A program made the translations under genes and the position numbers. Below are positions 38,001 through 48,416 of a DNA stretch of 64,000 bases, one piece after another. The stretch comes from Candidatus Latescibacterota bacterium (lineage in GTDB: Bacteria; Latescibacterota; UBA2968; UBA8231): positions 1,228,176 to 1,292,175 of the forward strand of contig CBDAOB010000005.1 in NCBI GenBank assembly GCA_965197905.1. The letters run 5' to 3'. Position 1 is the stretch's first letter. Every line of letters begins with the position of its first letter. The notes under the pieces were generated by a model. That model did no database searches and was not told where the DNA came from. It worked only from the letters and a program-made list of their open reading frames with translations.

Positions 38001-38750
38001 CTAGTCCATTAAGATGCCGCCATTTACGTCGATGATTTCGCCAGTGATATGGGCGGAATCTTCACAGGCCAGGAAGAGCGCGCAGTTCGCGACGTCCTGC
38101 GCGGTCCCCTTCTTGCCCAGGGGGATCTGCTCGCTCAATTTCGCGTGTAGCGGATTGTCGGTCATGTTCGTATCGATTATGCCCGGGGCAATGCCGTTGG
38201 CACGTACACCATACGGTGCGAGGCCTCGGGCGAGAGCCATGGTCATAGCGAGCACCCCCGCCTTGGCGGCCCCGTACGGGGGGCCCGAAGCAAGACCGCC
38301 CGTTTTTCCAGCCAGCGAGGTCAGGTTGATTATGGCGCCTTTGCCCCGCTTTTTGAGGATTGGATAGGCGGCCTGGCTGCACAGAAAAGTTCCCTTTAGG
38401 TTTACGGAGATAGTCCGGTCCCAAAGGTCCTCGTCGCAATCTTCAAAAGTGCATAGCTCCAGTATGCCGGCGTTGTTCACCAGAATATCCAAGTCACCCA
38501 ATTCATCCAGTACTTTCGAGAAGCCGGTCGTTACTGAGCTCTTGGACGATACATCCATTTCGATACCCAACGATCTGGTAGCCAAGCTTTTCGCTGCCTC
38601 TGCCGCGGCTTCGGCGCGGATGTCGGCTACGACAACATGCGCACCTTCCAGGGCAAACGTGGTGGCAATGGCGTAGCCGATGCCTCTGCTGCCCCCGGTA
38701 ATTAGCGCAACTTGCCCTTTGAGTTTGTCGGCCATGTGAAGATCTAGCAT
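38001..38750 (-). CDS. SDR family oxidoreductase (3-oxoacyl-ACP reductase-like)
   Basis: TGGSRGIG cofactor motif, NNAG and a YxxxK catalytic region. The start is reassigned to MLDLH/MADKL. Confidence 0.75.
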   Translation of the reverse strand: MLDLHMADKLKGQVALITGGSRGIGYAIATTFALEGAHVVVADIRAEAAAEAAKSLATRSLGIEMDVSSKSSVTTGFSKVLDELGDLDILVNNAGILELCTFEDCDEDLWDRTISVNLKGTFLCSQAAYPILKKRGKGAIINLTSLAGKTGGLASGPPYGAAKAGVLAMTMALARGLAPYGVRANGIAPGIIDTNMTDNPLHAKLSEQIPLGKKGTAQDVANCALFLACEDSAHITGEIIDVNGGILMD

Positions 38751-38945
38751 GGAAGCGGCGTAGGCGCAGCCGGTGATTACACCCACTCGCAAATGGGCGC
38801 GGTTATGTCGAGTTCGCTTCGACTAAGGTAATAGCCCCCCAACGGGGTGGCCAGAAAAATGTAGTTGGCCGTCACGACCACTGGTGCATAATAGCTTCGT
38901 CGCTGAGACCACTTGAATAGCTGACCGAAACCGAAAGATAGAAGG

Positions 38946-40715
38946 ATGGCTGCATACATCCAGTCCAAAAAGCTACTGCCTTTCTGGTGGCGAGGAAGAC
39001 CGGGCTATAGTCTGGCGCCCATCAGACCGCAAGAGTTCGGTGGTCGACTCGCGAAGACGGCGGCTGCGACCATCCTCATTACGGTCGTCGGCTGTGTTCT
39101 GCCTGCGATCAAGGAGGAGATGGATTGGAGTTCGTCGGCCCCAGAGGCGTTGCGGGCGCAACTGACGAACCGGAAACAGCAAAAGGCGAATTCCGGCGTT
39201 GGCCGCGATCGAATCGCGGACGATGAGCTTTCCGGGTTCTATCTTCGGCGCTCTGACCGGATGGCCTGGAGCGGACCACGTGGCCCCCTCGCGCAGGCGG
39301 ACGAACTGGTGGAAGCGCTTGCCAAGCTTTCCATTGATGGCCTCAATCCGGAAGAGTACGGATTGAGCACGCTGGCGGCAGCGATGGTTGCTGTACGACA
39401 TTCGGCAGGAATCTCAATAGAGCGACTTCGTCGTCTCGCACAGCTCGATATAGAGCTGACTACGGCTTTCCTGCGGAGCGCCCGACATCTGCTCGCGGGG
39501 CGTGTGGCTAGGCGCGACGTGGACGTTGACTGGCGGGTCAGCTCACCGACCGGCGATCTGGCGGGATTGCTGGAAATGGCATTGGCGACAAATCAGGTAG
39601 AATCGTCGCTGTTGGGGCTGCGGCCACGGCGGTTGGAGTACGCACGGCTGCAGGATCTACGGCGACGTTACCTGGAACTCGAAGCGGCCGGCGGGTGGCC
39701 CAAGGTTCCCGCAACAGTGACTTCGGGTAGGATGGATAAGAAGATGGCTGCCATTTTCGGCCAGCGACTGTTCTTGTCCGGAGACAAGCCTGAGTATGTC
39801 GAGGAGTCGAAAGTCTCCAACGAACAGCTGCGGGGGTACCTACGTGGGTTTCAAAAGCGTCACGGTCTCCAGGTTTCGGGGTCGATCGATTCGTCCACCT
39901 TCGTGACTCTGAATGTCTCGGTTCAGCAACGTATCGCCCAACTTGAAGTAAACCTGGAGCGCTGGAGGTGGTTGCCCCACACGCTAGGCAGTCGTTACAT
40001 CCTGGTGCGCATCGCCGATTTCGCGTTGGACGTCGTCGAGGACGAGGACGTGGAAATGACGATGCGGGTGATTGTTGGCAAGCCATATACCCGAACCCCG
40101 GTCTTTAGCAGTGCCTTAACCCGATTGGTGTTCAATCCATACTGGCACATACCGCGCAGCATCGCCGCCAACGAAATCCTGCCACTGGTTGAGCGTGATT
40201 CCGACTACCTCGAACGCAACGGTATCCACGCTCTGCCCGTGGTCGGTCCGCCTGACAAACAAACCAACCCATTGGAGATCGACCTCGATGCGGTTCGCAA
40301 GGGCACGAGCATGCTTGTGCAGAGTCCGGGATACACAAATCCACTCGGGCGCGTAAAGTTCATGCTCCCCAACCCATATAGCATCTATCTGCACGACACG
40401 CCGGCTGCCGAGCTTTTCGATCGACGGTCCCGGGATTTTAGTCACGGATGTATACGACTCGAACACAGCACGGATCTCGCTGCCTATCTCTTAAAGGATC
40501 ACGGAGACTGGCCCCGATCGGAGATTGACCGAGTGCTGGCCTCGGGAGAGAACGTGCAGGTGGACCTCGCCAGGAGCGTTCCTGTTTTTCTACTCTACTG
40601 GACCGCCTGGGTTGACGATGAAGGGCGAGCTCAGTTTCGCGAGGATATCTACCAAAGCGATACGGAGCTGAACCGGGCTCTGGTCGAGGCGGGTGTATCG
40701 ACTTTCCAATTGTAG
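38946..40715 (+). CDS. YcbB/LdtD-like murein L,D-transpeptidase with a peptidoglycan-binding domain
   Basis: PG_binding_1-like LRGFQKRHGLQVSG and a YkuD catalytic motif SIYLHDTP...HGCIRL. Confidence 0.75.
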   Translation: MAAYIQSKKLLPFWWRGRPGYSLAPIRPQEFGGRLAKTAAATILITVVGCVLPAIKEEMDWSSSAPEALRAQLTNRKQQKANSGVGRDRIADDELSGFYLRRSDRMAWSGPRGPLAQADELVEALAKLSIDGLNPEEYGLSTLAAAMVAVRHSAGISIERLRRLAQLDIELTTAFLRSARHLLAGRVARRDVDVDWRVSSPTGDLAGLLEMALATNQVESSLLGLRPRRLEYARLQDLRRRYLELEAAGGWPKVPATVTSGRMDKKMAAIFGQRLFLSGDKPEYVEESKVSNEQLRGYLRGFQKRHGLQVSGSIDSSTFVTLNVSVQQRIAQLEVNLERWRWLPHTLGSRYILVRIADFALDVVEDEDVEMTMRVIVGKPYTRTPVFSSALTRLVFNPYWHIPRSIAANEILPLVERDSDYLERNGIHALPVVGPPDKQTNPLEIDLDAVRKGTSMLVQSPGYTNPLGRVKFMLPNPYSIYLHDTPAAELFDRRSRDFSHGCIRLEHSTDLAAYLLKDHGDWPRSEIDRVLASGENVQVDLARSVPVFLLYWTAWVDDEGRAQFREDIYQSDTELNRALVEAGVSTFQL

Positions 40716-40812
40716 TCCAAAGGTTCCGAGGGCCCGGCTGGGTGCGATGGTCGAAGCCAAAACCCACGCATATTTGCTTTTTCGGGGTTGGTTTATTTAT
40801 TAGTCCCGACCT

Positions 40813-41193
40813 ATGACCCCACTTGTTCTCTCCTTATGGTTCGCTTGGTTGGTTGCGTGCGTGACCGAAGATGCCGCCCAACAAACACCCGAGAACAACA
40901 CAGAAAACCAAATCGCGCTTGGTGGCGAGCTATTCGCGAAGAACGGCTGCGCGGTTTGTCACGGCCGAGACGGACGGGGTGACGGTCACGCCGCCAAGAG
41001 CCTGAACCCCAGCCCACGCGATTTTCGTGAACTCTCGGCATATCAACAGGGGGGTACGCAACGGGAAATCGCGGCAACAGTGAAAAACGGTATCGGTCGG
41101 CGCAACAGCGCGATGCCGGCCTACCCGCACTTGAGCGAGGCGGACGCCAACGCCTTGGGGGCGTTCGTGGTTTTTCTTCAGAGACAGCCATAG
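40813..41193 (+). CDS. class I c-type cytochrome, lipoprotein
   Basis: CAVCHG heme-binding motif and a lipobox LVAC in the signal peptide. Confidence 0.7.
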   Translation: MTPLVLSLWFAWLVACVTEDAAQQTPENNTENQIALGGELFAKNGCAVCHGRDGRGDGHAAKSLNPSPRDFRELSAYQQGGTQREIAATVKNGIGRRNSAMPAYPHLSEADANALGAFVVFLQRQP

Positions 41194-41225
41194 CCAATAT
41201 GCAGAAATAGAAAGGAATCTCAGAG

Positions 41226-43576
41226 ATGTCGAAGACCGTGACAGCGTTATTGTTGTCGATTCTCGTGTTCGCCGGCCGCAGTGCGGCGGGAGAAACCATC
41301 GATGGAACCGTGCACGATGCGCGGGGTGCAGTATTAGCTGGAGCAAATGTGCAAATACGGGGGACCGGTCGCGGTGAGGCCACCGATGCCGACGGCAGGT
41401 TTCGCATTGCAGGTTTGGAGGCCACCAAAGTGCAAGTGGTGGTCAGCCTGATCGGGTACGGCTCCCAAACCCAATCGGTCGATCTCCGGTCGGGGTCCAA
41501 GCGGATTGATTTCGTGCTGACGCTCGAACCGATAGAGATGAATCCCCTTGTGATCTCCGCGAGCGCTATCGGAGAAGAGGTGAGGACTGCTCCAAACAAA
41601 GTGAATATCATCGATCGGCGGGAGATCGAGCGTTCAACGGGATATACGATCCAGGATGTACTGCAACACTCGGAAGGTCTCTATGTGTCGCGGTGTCGCG
41701 GGGCCAAGGGCTCTTGGTCGACTTCCAAACTGTCGTTGTTCGTGGCATGACGGCAGGCACCTTTGGCCGCAATTCAGCGGTGCTGACCACCTTGAACGGG
41801 CACTCCCTCAACGGCACTCTGGGTTCCTGGGCGAACATCGGTGATCTCGATGCTTTACCTGCAAGCATTATTCAAAAAACTGAAGTGATCAAGGGACCGT
41901 ACGCCTCGATCTACGGCTCGGGCGCGACCGGAGGCGTCATCAATATTACGACCCGCAAACATTTTGATCGTGCCATGGGAGGTGATGTTCAATACAAGGT
42001 CGGTCCCTACGGGTTTCGTTCCATTGCCCCCGCGTTCTTCGGTCAGACGGATCGTTTAACCTATTCCGCCTGGGGTGAGTTCATGCACGGCAGCGAACGG
42101 CTCGGGCGCCGGCGGAAGACGTGGAATCTCGCCAACGGCTATCTCGACGAGGGCAGAATCGAGCAGTCGAAATACGGGTTCATGATCGGGTACGATTTGA
42201 ACGCCGCCGACAGGGTTGATCTGTTGGGCAGTCGACTGGAAAAGTTCAACAACTACGATGGACGGCCGATCAACCGCGAGGAGATCGACAGCGACTTTCT
42301 GCATTTGACCTTTACGCGAAAAATCAACGATACGTATACGCTTACGGTTCTGGGCAACTGGCTGCGCAATACCTACGATCTGGTCGCCGACAACAATCCC
42401 GCACATCCCGACTCCGCCGCGTGGATAACACGTACGCAACCGTTTCCCAACAGGGAAATCGGGGTCAAAACCGTTGTCAGCGGCAAGCTTGGCCCCCACC
42501 ATTTCAATACGGGAGTCGAGTGGCGACGGAATCGGAGTAGCCGCACGTCCTGGTGGGGCGACCGGGAATTCCTTGAGTTCGACGTTAACGGCACCCAAGA
42601 GATCTATTCGCTGTTCGTGGAGGACAAGCTGCGCTTCGGCAGGCTCGAGTTGACTCCCGGGTTTCGATTGGAACAGTGGCAAGACAACGCGTTATACTCG
42701 GAGCAGGAGACGCCCGACAACGCACCCAATTTCCCCGGACCCGCGCCCGCCTACCTCAACGGTCGTGTCCATACAGGTTACGCTTCCGGTACCAGCGAGA
42801 AAGAGGCGTTCAGTCCGAAGGTTGGAATGGCATACCTGCATTCAGACCGTCTCAAGATCAGGGCCTCCGCCGGCAGTACTTTTCGGGCGCCGCGGATAAC
42901 CGAGACCTACAGTCCCGACTATCAGACCCTGGACTTTCTGAAGTTTCGGGCCAACCCGGGTCTCGACGAGGAAACCATCATCTCTTACGAAGCAGGATTC
43001 GATTGGTCCACTTTGAACCAGCGCCTCGATCTGTCGGCTACGGCGTTCCGCATCGATGCAAGAGATCGTATCGAGTTTACCTTGACTGGGAGTTTTACGG
43101 CCGAGGATCCGTTCGTGATCGTACACCGAAATCTCGATACGGAAATCATCGGAATTGAAGGAGAGGTGGGATTCGCCGTCGGACAGAATCTCGCCGTCGG
43201 TGCGAATTTTTCGTTTGTAGATGCCGAGTACACCAGCGGCTCGTCCGCCTTTAAGAACGAACCAACGCCTTACGTTCCGGATCATACATTAAACGTCAAT
43301 GTTGATTACGCTCTGATCCACGGATTGGATCTACGCCTGTCGGTGCAACGCATAGGTGAGATAACAGACGGCCTTTTCCCCGGAGGTATCGACGGCTACG
43401 AGATCTTCAATCTCAAGGCGCGCTACGAAATCGCCGGAGCCGGCAGAGATCGATATTTCATCGATGCCGGCCTTACCAACCTGTTGGATGAGGACTATCA
43501 GGTACCTAGCAACGGAGTGTGGGATTACAGGCCGCTGGGCCGAGGGTTGCACCTGACCGCAGGATACGGGTTCTAG
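41226..43576 (+). pseudogene. TonB-dependent receptor (SusC-like, with N-terminal CarbopepD_reg domain) disrupted by an 8-bp tandem duplication
   Basis: GTGTCGCG is duplicated perfectly in tandem at 41685-41700 and shifts the frame inside the plug domain. Deleting one copy restores ...GLYVSRGQGLLVDFQTVVVRGM.... The C-terminus ends ...LHLTAGYGF (terminal aromatic residue). Confidence 0.7.
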
Positions 43577-43640
43577 CCGCCAGCTAATCCCGACGTGCCG
43601 CGCGTCTGCTACGGTTGATCAACATCTATGCCGTTCACTG

Positions 43641-43687
43641 GGGCTGCATCACACCTTTCGCCGGTTGGTGCAGCCCTCCGTTTTTTT
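43641..43687 (+). terminator. rho-independent terminator (GGGCTGCA / TGCAGCCC stem followed by TTTTTTT)
   Basis: Read directly from the sequence, downstream of the TonB receptor stop. Confidence 0.55.
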
Positions 43688-43701
43688 CCCATGCCAAAGA
43701 G

Positions 43702-45401
43702 ATATGCCGATGGTGATCATAGTCACGATTATGGTTGTAACGCTGGTGGGATATTCCGTCTCTTCAGCAGCGGTAGTACTGCGGGTCGGGACTACCACCG
43801 AGATGGCACCCCTCTCCCCTGTGGACACGAACGGCCTATGGTACAGCACCGGTTACATGGGTTTTTTGTTCATGCCCCTCATCACCTATCGAGGTCCCGA
43901 CGCTCGTTTTGGCCCCTGCCTGGCCCAGTCATGGGAGGTAGCCGCCGACAACCATTCGATTCAGTTCCGCCTGCATTCCGGAGCGCGGTGGCACGATGGC
44001 CCTCCGGTTACTGCTGAGGACGTTGCTTTTACGCTGGACTACGTCAAGGAGCATGAGCTCATCGGTCAGCTCTGGCGCTTTCTGGATCATTCGGAAGTAA
44101 TAGATACACTCACGGTTGCCGTACACTTCACTGAACCAGTGGCATTCTATCAATCCATGTTCTTTCCGTGGCCGAAGATCCTGCCAAAACACATCTGGAA
44201 CGATATATCAGAGCCGGATCTGTTCCAAGGAACGCAAGCCATGATCGGAAGTGGCCCGTTCGAGTTTGATCGATACGATGCCTACGCGCGGGTGGCGTCA
44301 CTGCGAAGAGTGCCTGAATTTTTCGGTGGTGATACGGCGGTTGAGCAGATAGATATACGGTACTACGGCTCCAATGAGGCTCTCGTGCTCGCTCTTAGAC
44401 TGGGGGATATCGACGTTGTGGTGGGAGCTACCAGCCACATTCCCAACGCGTACGTGGCGGCTGTCGAAGGGGAGGCGGCTATTGGGCTCGTCGAGATCGA
44501 GGACTCGGGTGTACCGCTGACTTTGGTATTTCACGCGACGAGACATCCCACCCGCCTCCCACTATTCCGCCAGGCCGTCGCTGCAGCGATCGATTACGGA
44601 GCATTTATTCCGACCGTCATGCGCGGTCGCGGTCGTATTCCCGAGCGTGGATTCGTGCCTCCGGCCGCCTGGACCTACGGCGGGCCCTTTCCCCTCCATG
44701 TCCACGACCCAGAGCGTGCTGTGGCTTTGCTCGATTCCATCGGATTCAAGGATGTGGACGGCGACGGTCTGCGGGAGGACGAAAATGGGGACGACTTCAC
44801 ACTGGCGCTGATTCCCGAAACATGGCAATCTCACGGAGAGGAATTGCGCGCTACGGAGCTACTTGTGTACCAGCTCAAGTCCGTGGGCATTCCAGCCCAA
44901 CTGACCAAGTATCTGGTGGAAGAGGAGTACGAGATTCTCTGGGAACGACGGGACTACCAGGCATATGTGGGACATGCGACCCATGCCAGCGTGCGAGATG
45001 GTGGGCATGTGTATTTTGCCAACTATCAGGATTACTCCTATGGCACTTTTGAAGATTCGGTCTATTTCGAGATTCTGGATCGCATCACCCACGCTCAGAA
45101 CGCGGATGAATATCTGCTAGCCGTCAGACAAGCCCAGGCATTCAACAGCAGCGAGTTGCCCGGATTGCCTTTGACGTGGGGTTCGAAAATATTCGCTTTT
45201 CGAAAAGACAGGTTCAGCGGTTGGCAGGGGATGAGCGGGTACGGATTTCCCAACTACGATTCATGGTTTTCGTTACAACCTCGACCCGCGGCGGCTGCCA
45301 AACCTACCGACTCGATGTCTGCGGGGTTCTGGACGAAATTCGGCCTTGCCGTCCTGTTTCTGGCCGCAGCGTCCTGGATTTGGAAACGTCGCAGGCTCTA
45401 A
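43702..45401 (+). CDS. ABC transporter substrate-binding protein (family 5, oligopeptide/nickel type) with a C-terminal TM anchor
   Basis: SBP_bac_5-like core. The start is placed after the terminator (MPMVIIV...). The C-terminus FWTKFGLAVLFLAAASWIWKRRRL is hydrophobic and ends in basic residues. Confidence 0.7.
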
Positions 45402-45425
45402 CCCCGATCAACGCCAAGGTCTTTT

Positions 45426-46376
45426 TTGAGCGATCACGTCTTCAAGAAGAGCGCCCGGTATTCCTTGAGCCTGCTGGTTGTGCTCCTACTGAATTTCGCC
45501 TTACCCCGTGCGATGCCTGGAGATCCGGTAATGCACCTCATGGGCGCGGAGGATTATTACCGGTTTCCCGAGATGGCAGAGCAGGTTCGGGCGAAGCACG
45601 GCTTGGATCGACCCCTGGTTGAACAGGCCTGGACCTATTTCGCCGGTATCCTGCGAGGTGATCTGGGCGTGTCATTCCGCTATCGAAGCAATGTCGGCGA
45701 GCTTCTGCTGCGCGGCATAAAGTGGACGGCGTGTTTGGTGTTGCCGTCCCTCGCAGTGGGATCGCTGCTGGCAGCCTTACTCGGGGGTGTCGCTGGTTGG
45801 TGTCAGGGACGACCGTGGGAGCGGCTGCTAACCATGAGTATCATGCTATTCAGATCGGTTCCCGAATACGGAATCGCTATGATTGCCTTGCTCCTCCTGG
45901 CCTATCACCTTGCCCTGTTCCCCCTCGCCGGCATAGCCCAGATCGGCGGCCTGGAGATCCTGCGCCACGCTCTGCTGCCCTGGATCATCCTCAGTCTCCT
46001 CTATACCGGTCAGTATTACCTGGTGCTGCGGAACGCCATCGCCGCTACACGAGCAAAACCTTTCATCGTTAGCGCTCGAGCCCGTGGACTTACCAGCTGG
46101 GTGGTCCTGAGGCGCCACGCTTTTCGCGAAGCTCTGTTGCCATTCCTGTCCCTATTGGGTTTGGGACTCGGTTTCTCCGTGTCCGGGGTGTTGCTGGTGG
46201 AGATCGTATTTTCTTGGCCCGGAATGGGAACCTTGATTCTGAGCGCCGTCAACAGCCGCGACTATCCTCTCCTGCAGGGTTGCTTTCTGCTATTGACTAT
46301 CAGTGTCCTTTTGGTCAACTACCTCACTGATCTCGCGTACGGATTTTGCGATCCGAGATTGAGGATCGGCTCTTGA
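45426..46376 (+). CDS. ABC transporter permease (OppB/DppB-like)
   Basis: 6 TM helices and an EAA-like loop. Confidence 0.8.
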   Translation: MSDHVFKKSARYSLSLLVVLLLNFALPRAMPGDPVMHLMGAEDYYRFPEMAEQVRAKHGLDRPLVEQAWTYFAGILRGDLGVSFRYRSNVGELLLRGIKWTACLVLPSLAVGSLLAALLGGVAGWCQGRPWERLLTMSIMLFRSVPEYGIAMIALLLLAYHLALFPLAGIAQIGGLEILRHALLPWIILSLLYTGQYYLVLRNAIAATRAKPFIVSARARGLTSWVVLRRHAFREALLPFLSLLGLGLGFSVSGVLLVEIVFSWPGMGTLILSAVNSRDYPLLQGCFLLLTISVLLVNYLTDLAYGFCDPRLRIGS

Positions 46377-47179
46377 ACAGCTTCGTCGCTCGCCCCGAGT
46401 GTCTGATTGGCTGCGGATTCCTGATGGCGCTTGCAGCGGCGGGCGCGCTGGCAGGCTTTCTGGCCCCTTACGATCCGTGGGCGGCTAGCGGACCTCCGTT
46501 TGCATCTCCCAACTGGCCGCATCTGCTGGGTACGAATGATCTCGGCCAGGATCTCCTGAGCGAGGTAATCTTCGGCATTCGACTTTCTCTATCGGTGGGT
46601 TTGATTGGCGCCGCTGTGGCGACCTTCATTGGGGCGCTTGTCGGGCTAGCGGCGGGGTATTATCGGGGTTGGATCGACGAGGCATTGATGGGGTTGACCG
46701 ACACGATCATGTTGATTCCGGCACTCCCGTTGATCATCCTGCTGGTTGCCTATTCCGGACCCAGCTTCTGGTGGTTTGTCGCGGTTATAGGTTTGGTTTG
46801 GTGGACCGGCACGGCGCGGGCCGTACGCGCCCGAGTGTTGCAGGTGCGGGAAATGCCTTTCGTCGAAGCCTCGACCGCGTTGGGAGCCCGCAGATGGCGC
46901 ACCATGCTGGTTCACGTCTTGCCGAACGTTGGCCCAGTTTTGCTGGCACGTTTCACCATGGCTGTGCCTGAAGCGATTCTCACAGAGGCCGGCCTTAGCT
47001 TTCTGGGACTCGGAGACCCGTCGGTAAAGAGCCTGGGATTAACCTTGAATCACGCTTTTACAAACGGGGGATTGATCAACGGACAATGGTGGTGGTACCT
47101 GTTTCCGATCATGGCCATATCCACGATAGTGTTGAGCGTATCTCTGCTTGGAGTCGGTTCCCAATCAAATCCCAAATAG
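46346..47179 (+). CDS. ABC transporter permease (OppC/DppC-like)
   Basis: 6 TM helices. It overlaps the upstream permease. Confidence 0.8.
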   Translation: MRSEIEDRLLNSFVARPECLIGCGFLMALAAAGALAGFLAPYDPWAASGPPFASPNWPHLLGTNDLGQDLLSEVIFGIRLSLSVGLIGAAVATFIGALVGLAAGYYRGWIDEALMGLTDTIMLIPALPLIILLVAYSGPSFWWFVAVIGLVWWTGTARAVRARVLQVREMPFVEASTALGARRWRTMLVHVLPNVGPVLLARFTMAVPEAILTEAGLSFLGLGDPSVKSLGLTLNHAFTNGGLINGQWWWYLFPIMAISTIVLSVSLLGVGSQSNPK

Positions 47180-47195
47180 TGCCGAAGGCAGCGCA

Positions 47196-48416
47196 CTATC
47201 CCAACAGCTTCGATTTTCGCGTGACTCTGTTCCAGTTTTTCTTCTCTCGCCGACGCTGCAGCAGATACTTCACTCGTGGAAAGCGCGGCGCAGGGGGCTC
47301 GAACTGGAGCCGGATCCACTCCACCGGAGGCACCGCAATACGAATCAGGTAGAGCAGTTTTTTCGTAATCGGGGCGCCGCCGAAGAGATAATAGCGAGCC
47401 GCATCGAACGGTCGGATAAACGACTTCAAGTCGAAGAACTCCCGTTTCCGCCAAATCCGTTGGAATAGCCATGACCGGGAGCGGGTAGGGGCCAACGGTT
47501 CCAGCTCCGACAAGGTGCGCTCGGGATAGATCAATTGTGTTATCCAGAGCATCGAGTGATAGAAGGAATCTTGTAGCCGTCGTGACTTGGCTTTACCGCA
47601 AAGCAGGTCCCAGTCCATGCGCGGCCCCCATTGTCGATAGAAGGCGTTGATATCATAGTACCAGAGCATACGGCCGAATCCGTGCAGATTGGCGTGAGTG
47701 GCGAGATACAGTAGCATCTCCTCCGGACAGAGACTGCAAATCGTGCGGCCCCGTACGGTCCACTCGTGCGATTCGTCCCACGAGGACTCGCGCCCGTCTG
47801 GCACTCCGTAGTTATACAACCGGAAATGAATCTCGACGGGAGTAAGATCGTCTCTGGTGAATCGCAACTGCTCCATGTACTGGGAATACTCGACCATTCC
47901 TGCCGGCGTCAGATCTTTGGGGACCGGCGTATCCTGATGAAACCCGGCCTTCTCGAGAATCTCTCGACACGCCAGATGGTCCGCCTCGCGTATCAGCAGA
48001 TCGAGATCGTAGGAGGCGCGCGGGGCTCCAGGCGGATGCAGACTCTGCAGAATCGGTCCTTTCAACGCCATGGTCTCGATGTAGTCCGAATTCAACAGAT
48101 CTTGGCAGTGTAGAAGGGTATCGACCTGCTGGCCTTGGAGACGTTTCATTTCGGCGGCCCCATCTTGCAACGTCGACCGCGACGAGGGCGGGATTTGGTC
48201 CAGCAGGGAACAGGCGGAGAGATGGTGATGCAGCAGAGCCAACATCCGGTGGTAGTCGGCTTTGCTCAGGATGCGATTCCAGTCGGGCTGGTCCGTAACC
48301 AAACGGGCAAATCGCTGTGCCCATTCTTCCTCCAGTTTTTCTCGGCACGCAAGGACGAGGATGAGATCCTCCGGCGTGAGCCGATGATGCGTCTTATTAG
48401 TTTGATGTGAATCCAT
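47196..48416 (-). CDS. uncharacterised nucleotidyltransferase (PF14907-like, NTP_transf_5)
   Basis: The overall pattern resembles PF14907. The start is probably MDSHQ. An in-frame upstream extension would reach 48518. Confidence 0.5.
   Translation of the reverse strand: MDSHQTNKTHHRLTPEDLILVLACREKLEEEWAQRFARLVTDQPDWNRILSKADYHRMLALLHHHLSACSLLDQIPPSSRSTLQDGAAEMKRLQGQQVDTLLHCQDLLNSDYIETMALKGPILQSLHPPGAPRASYDLDLLIREADHLACREILEKAGFHQDTPVPKDLTPAGMVEYSQYMEQLRFTRDDLTPVEIHFRLYNYGVPDGRESSWDESHEWTVRGRTICSLCPEEMLLYLATHANLHGFGRMLWYYDINAFYRQWGPRMDWDLLCGKAKSRRLQDSFYHSMLWITQLIYPERTLSELEPLAPTRSRSWLFQRIWRKREFFDLKSFIRPFDAARYYLFGGAPITKKLLYLIRIAVPPVEWIRLQFEPPAPRFPRVKYLLQRRREKKNWNRVTRKSKLLG

Noticed and set aside
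41226-41750. A standalone 174-aa CarbopepD_reg-domain protein.
   Set aside because: It joins seamlessly with the downstream plug/barrel ORF once one copy of the 8-bp duplication is removed.
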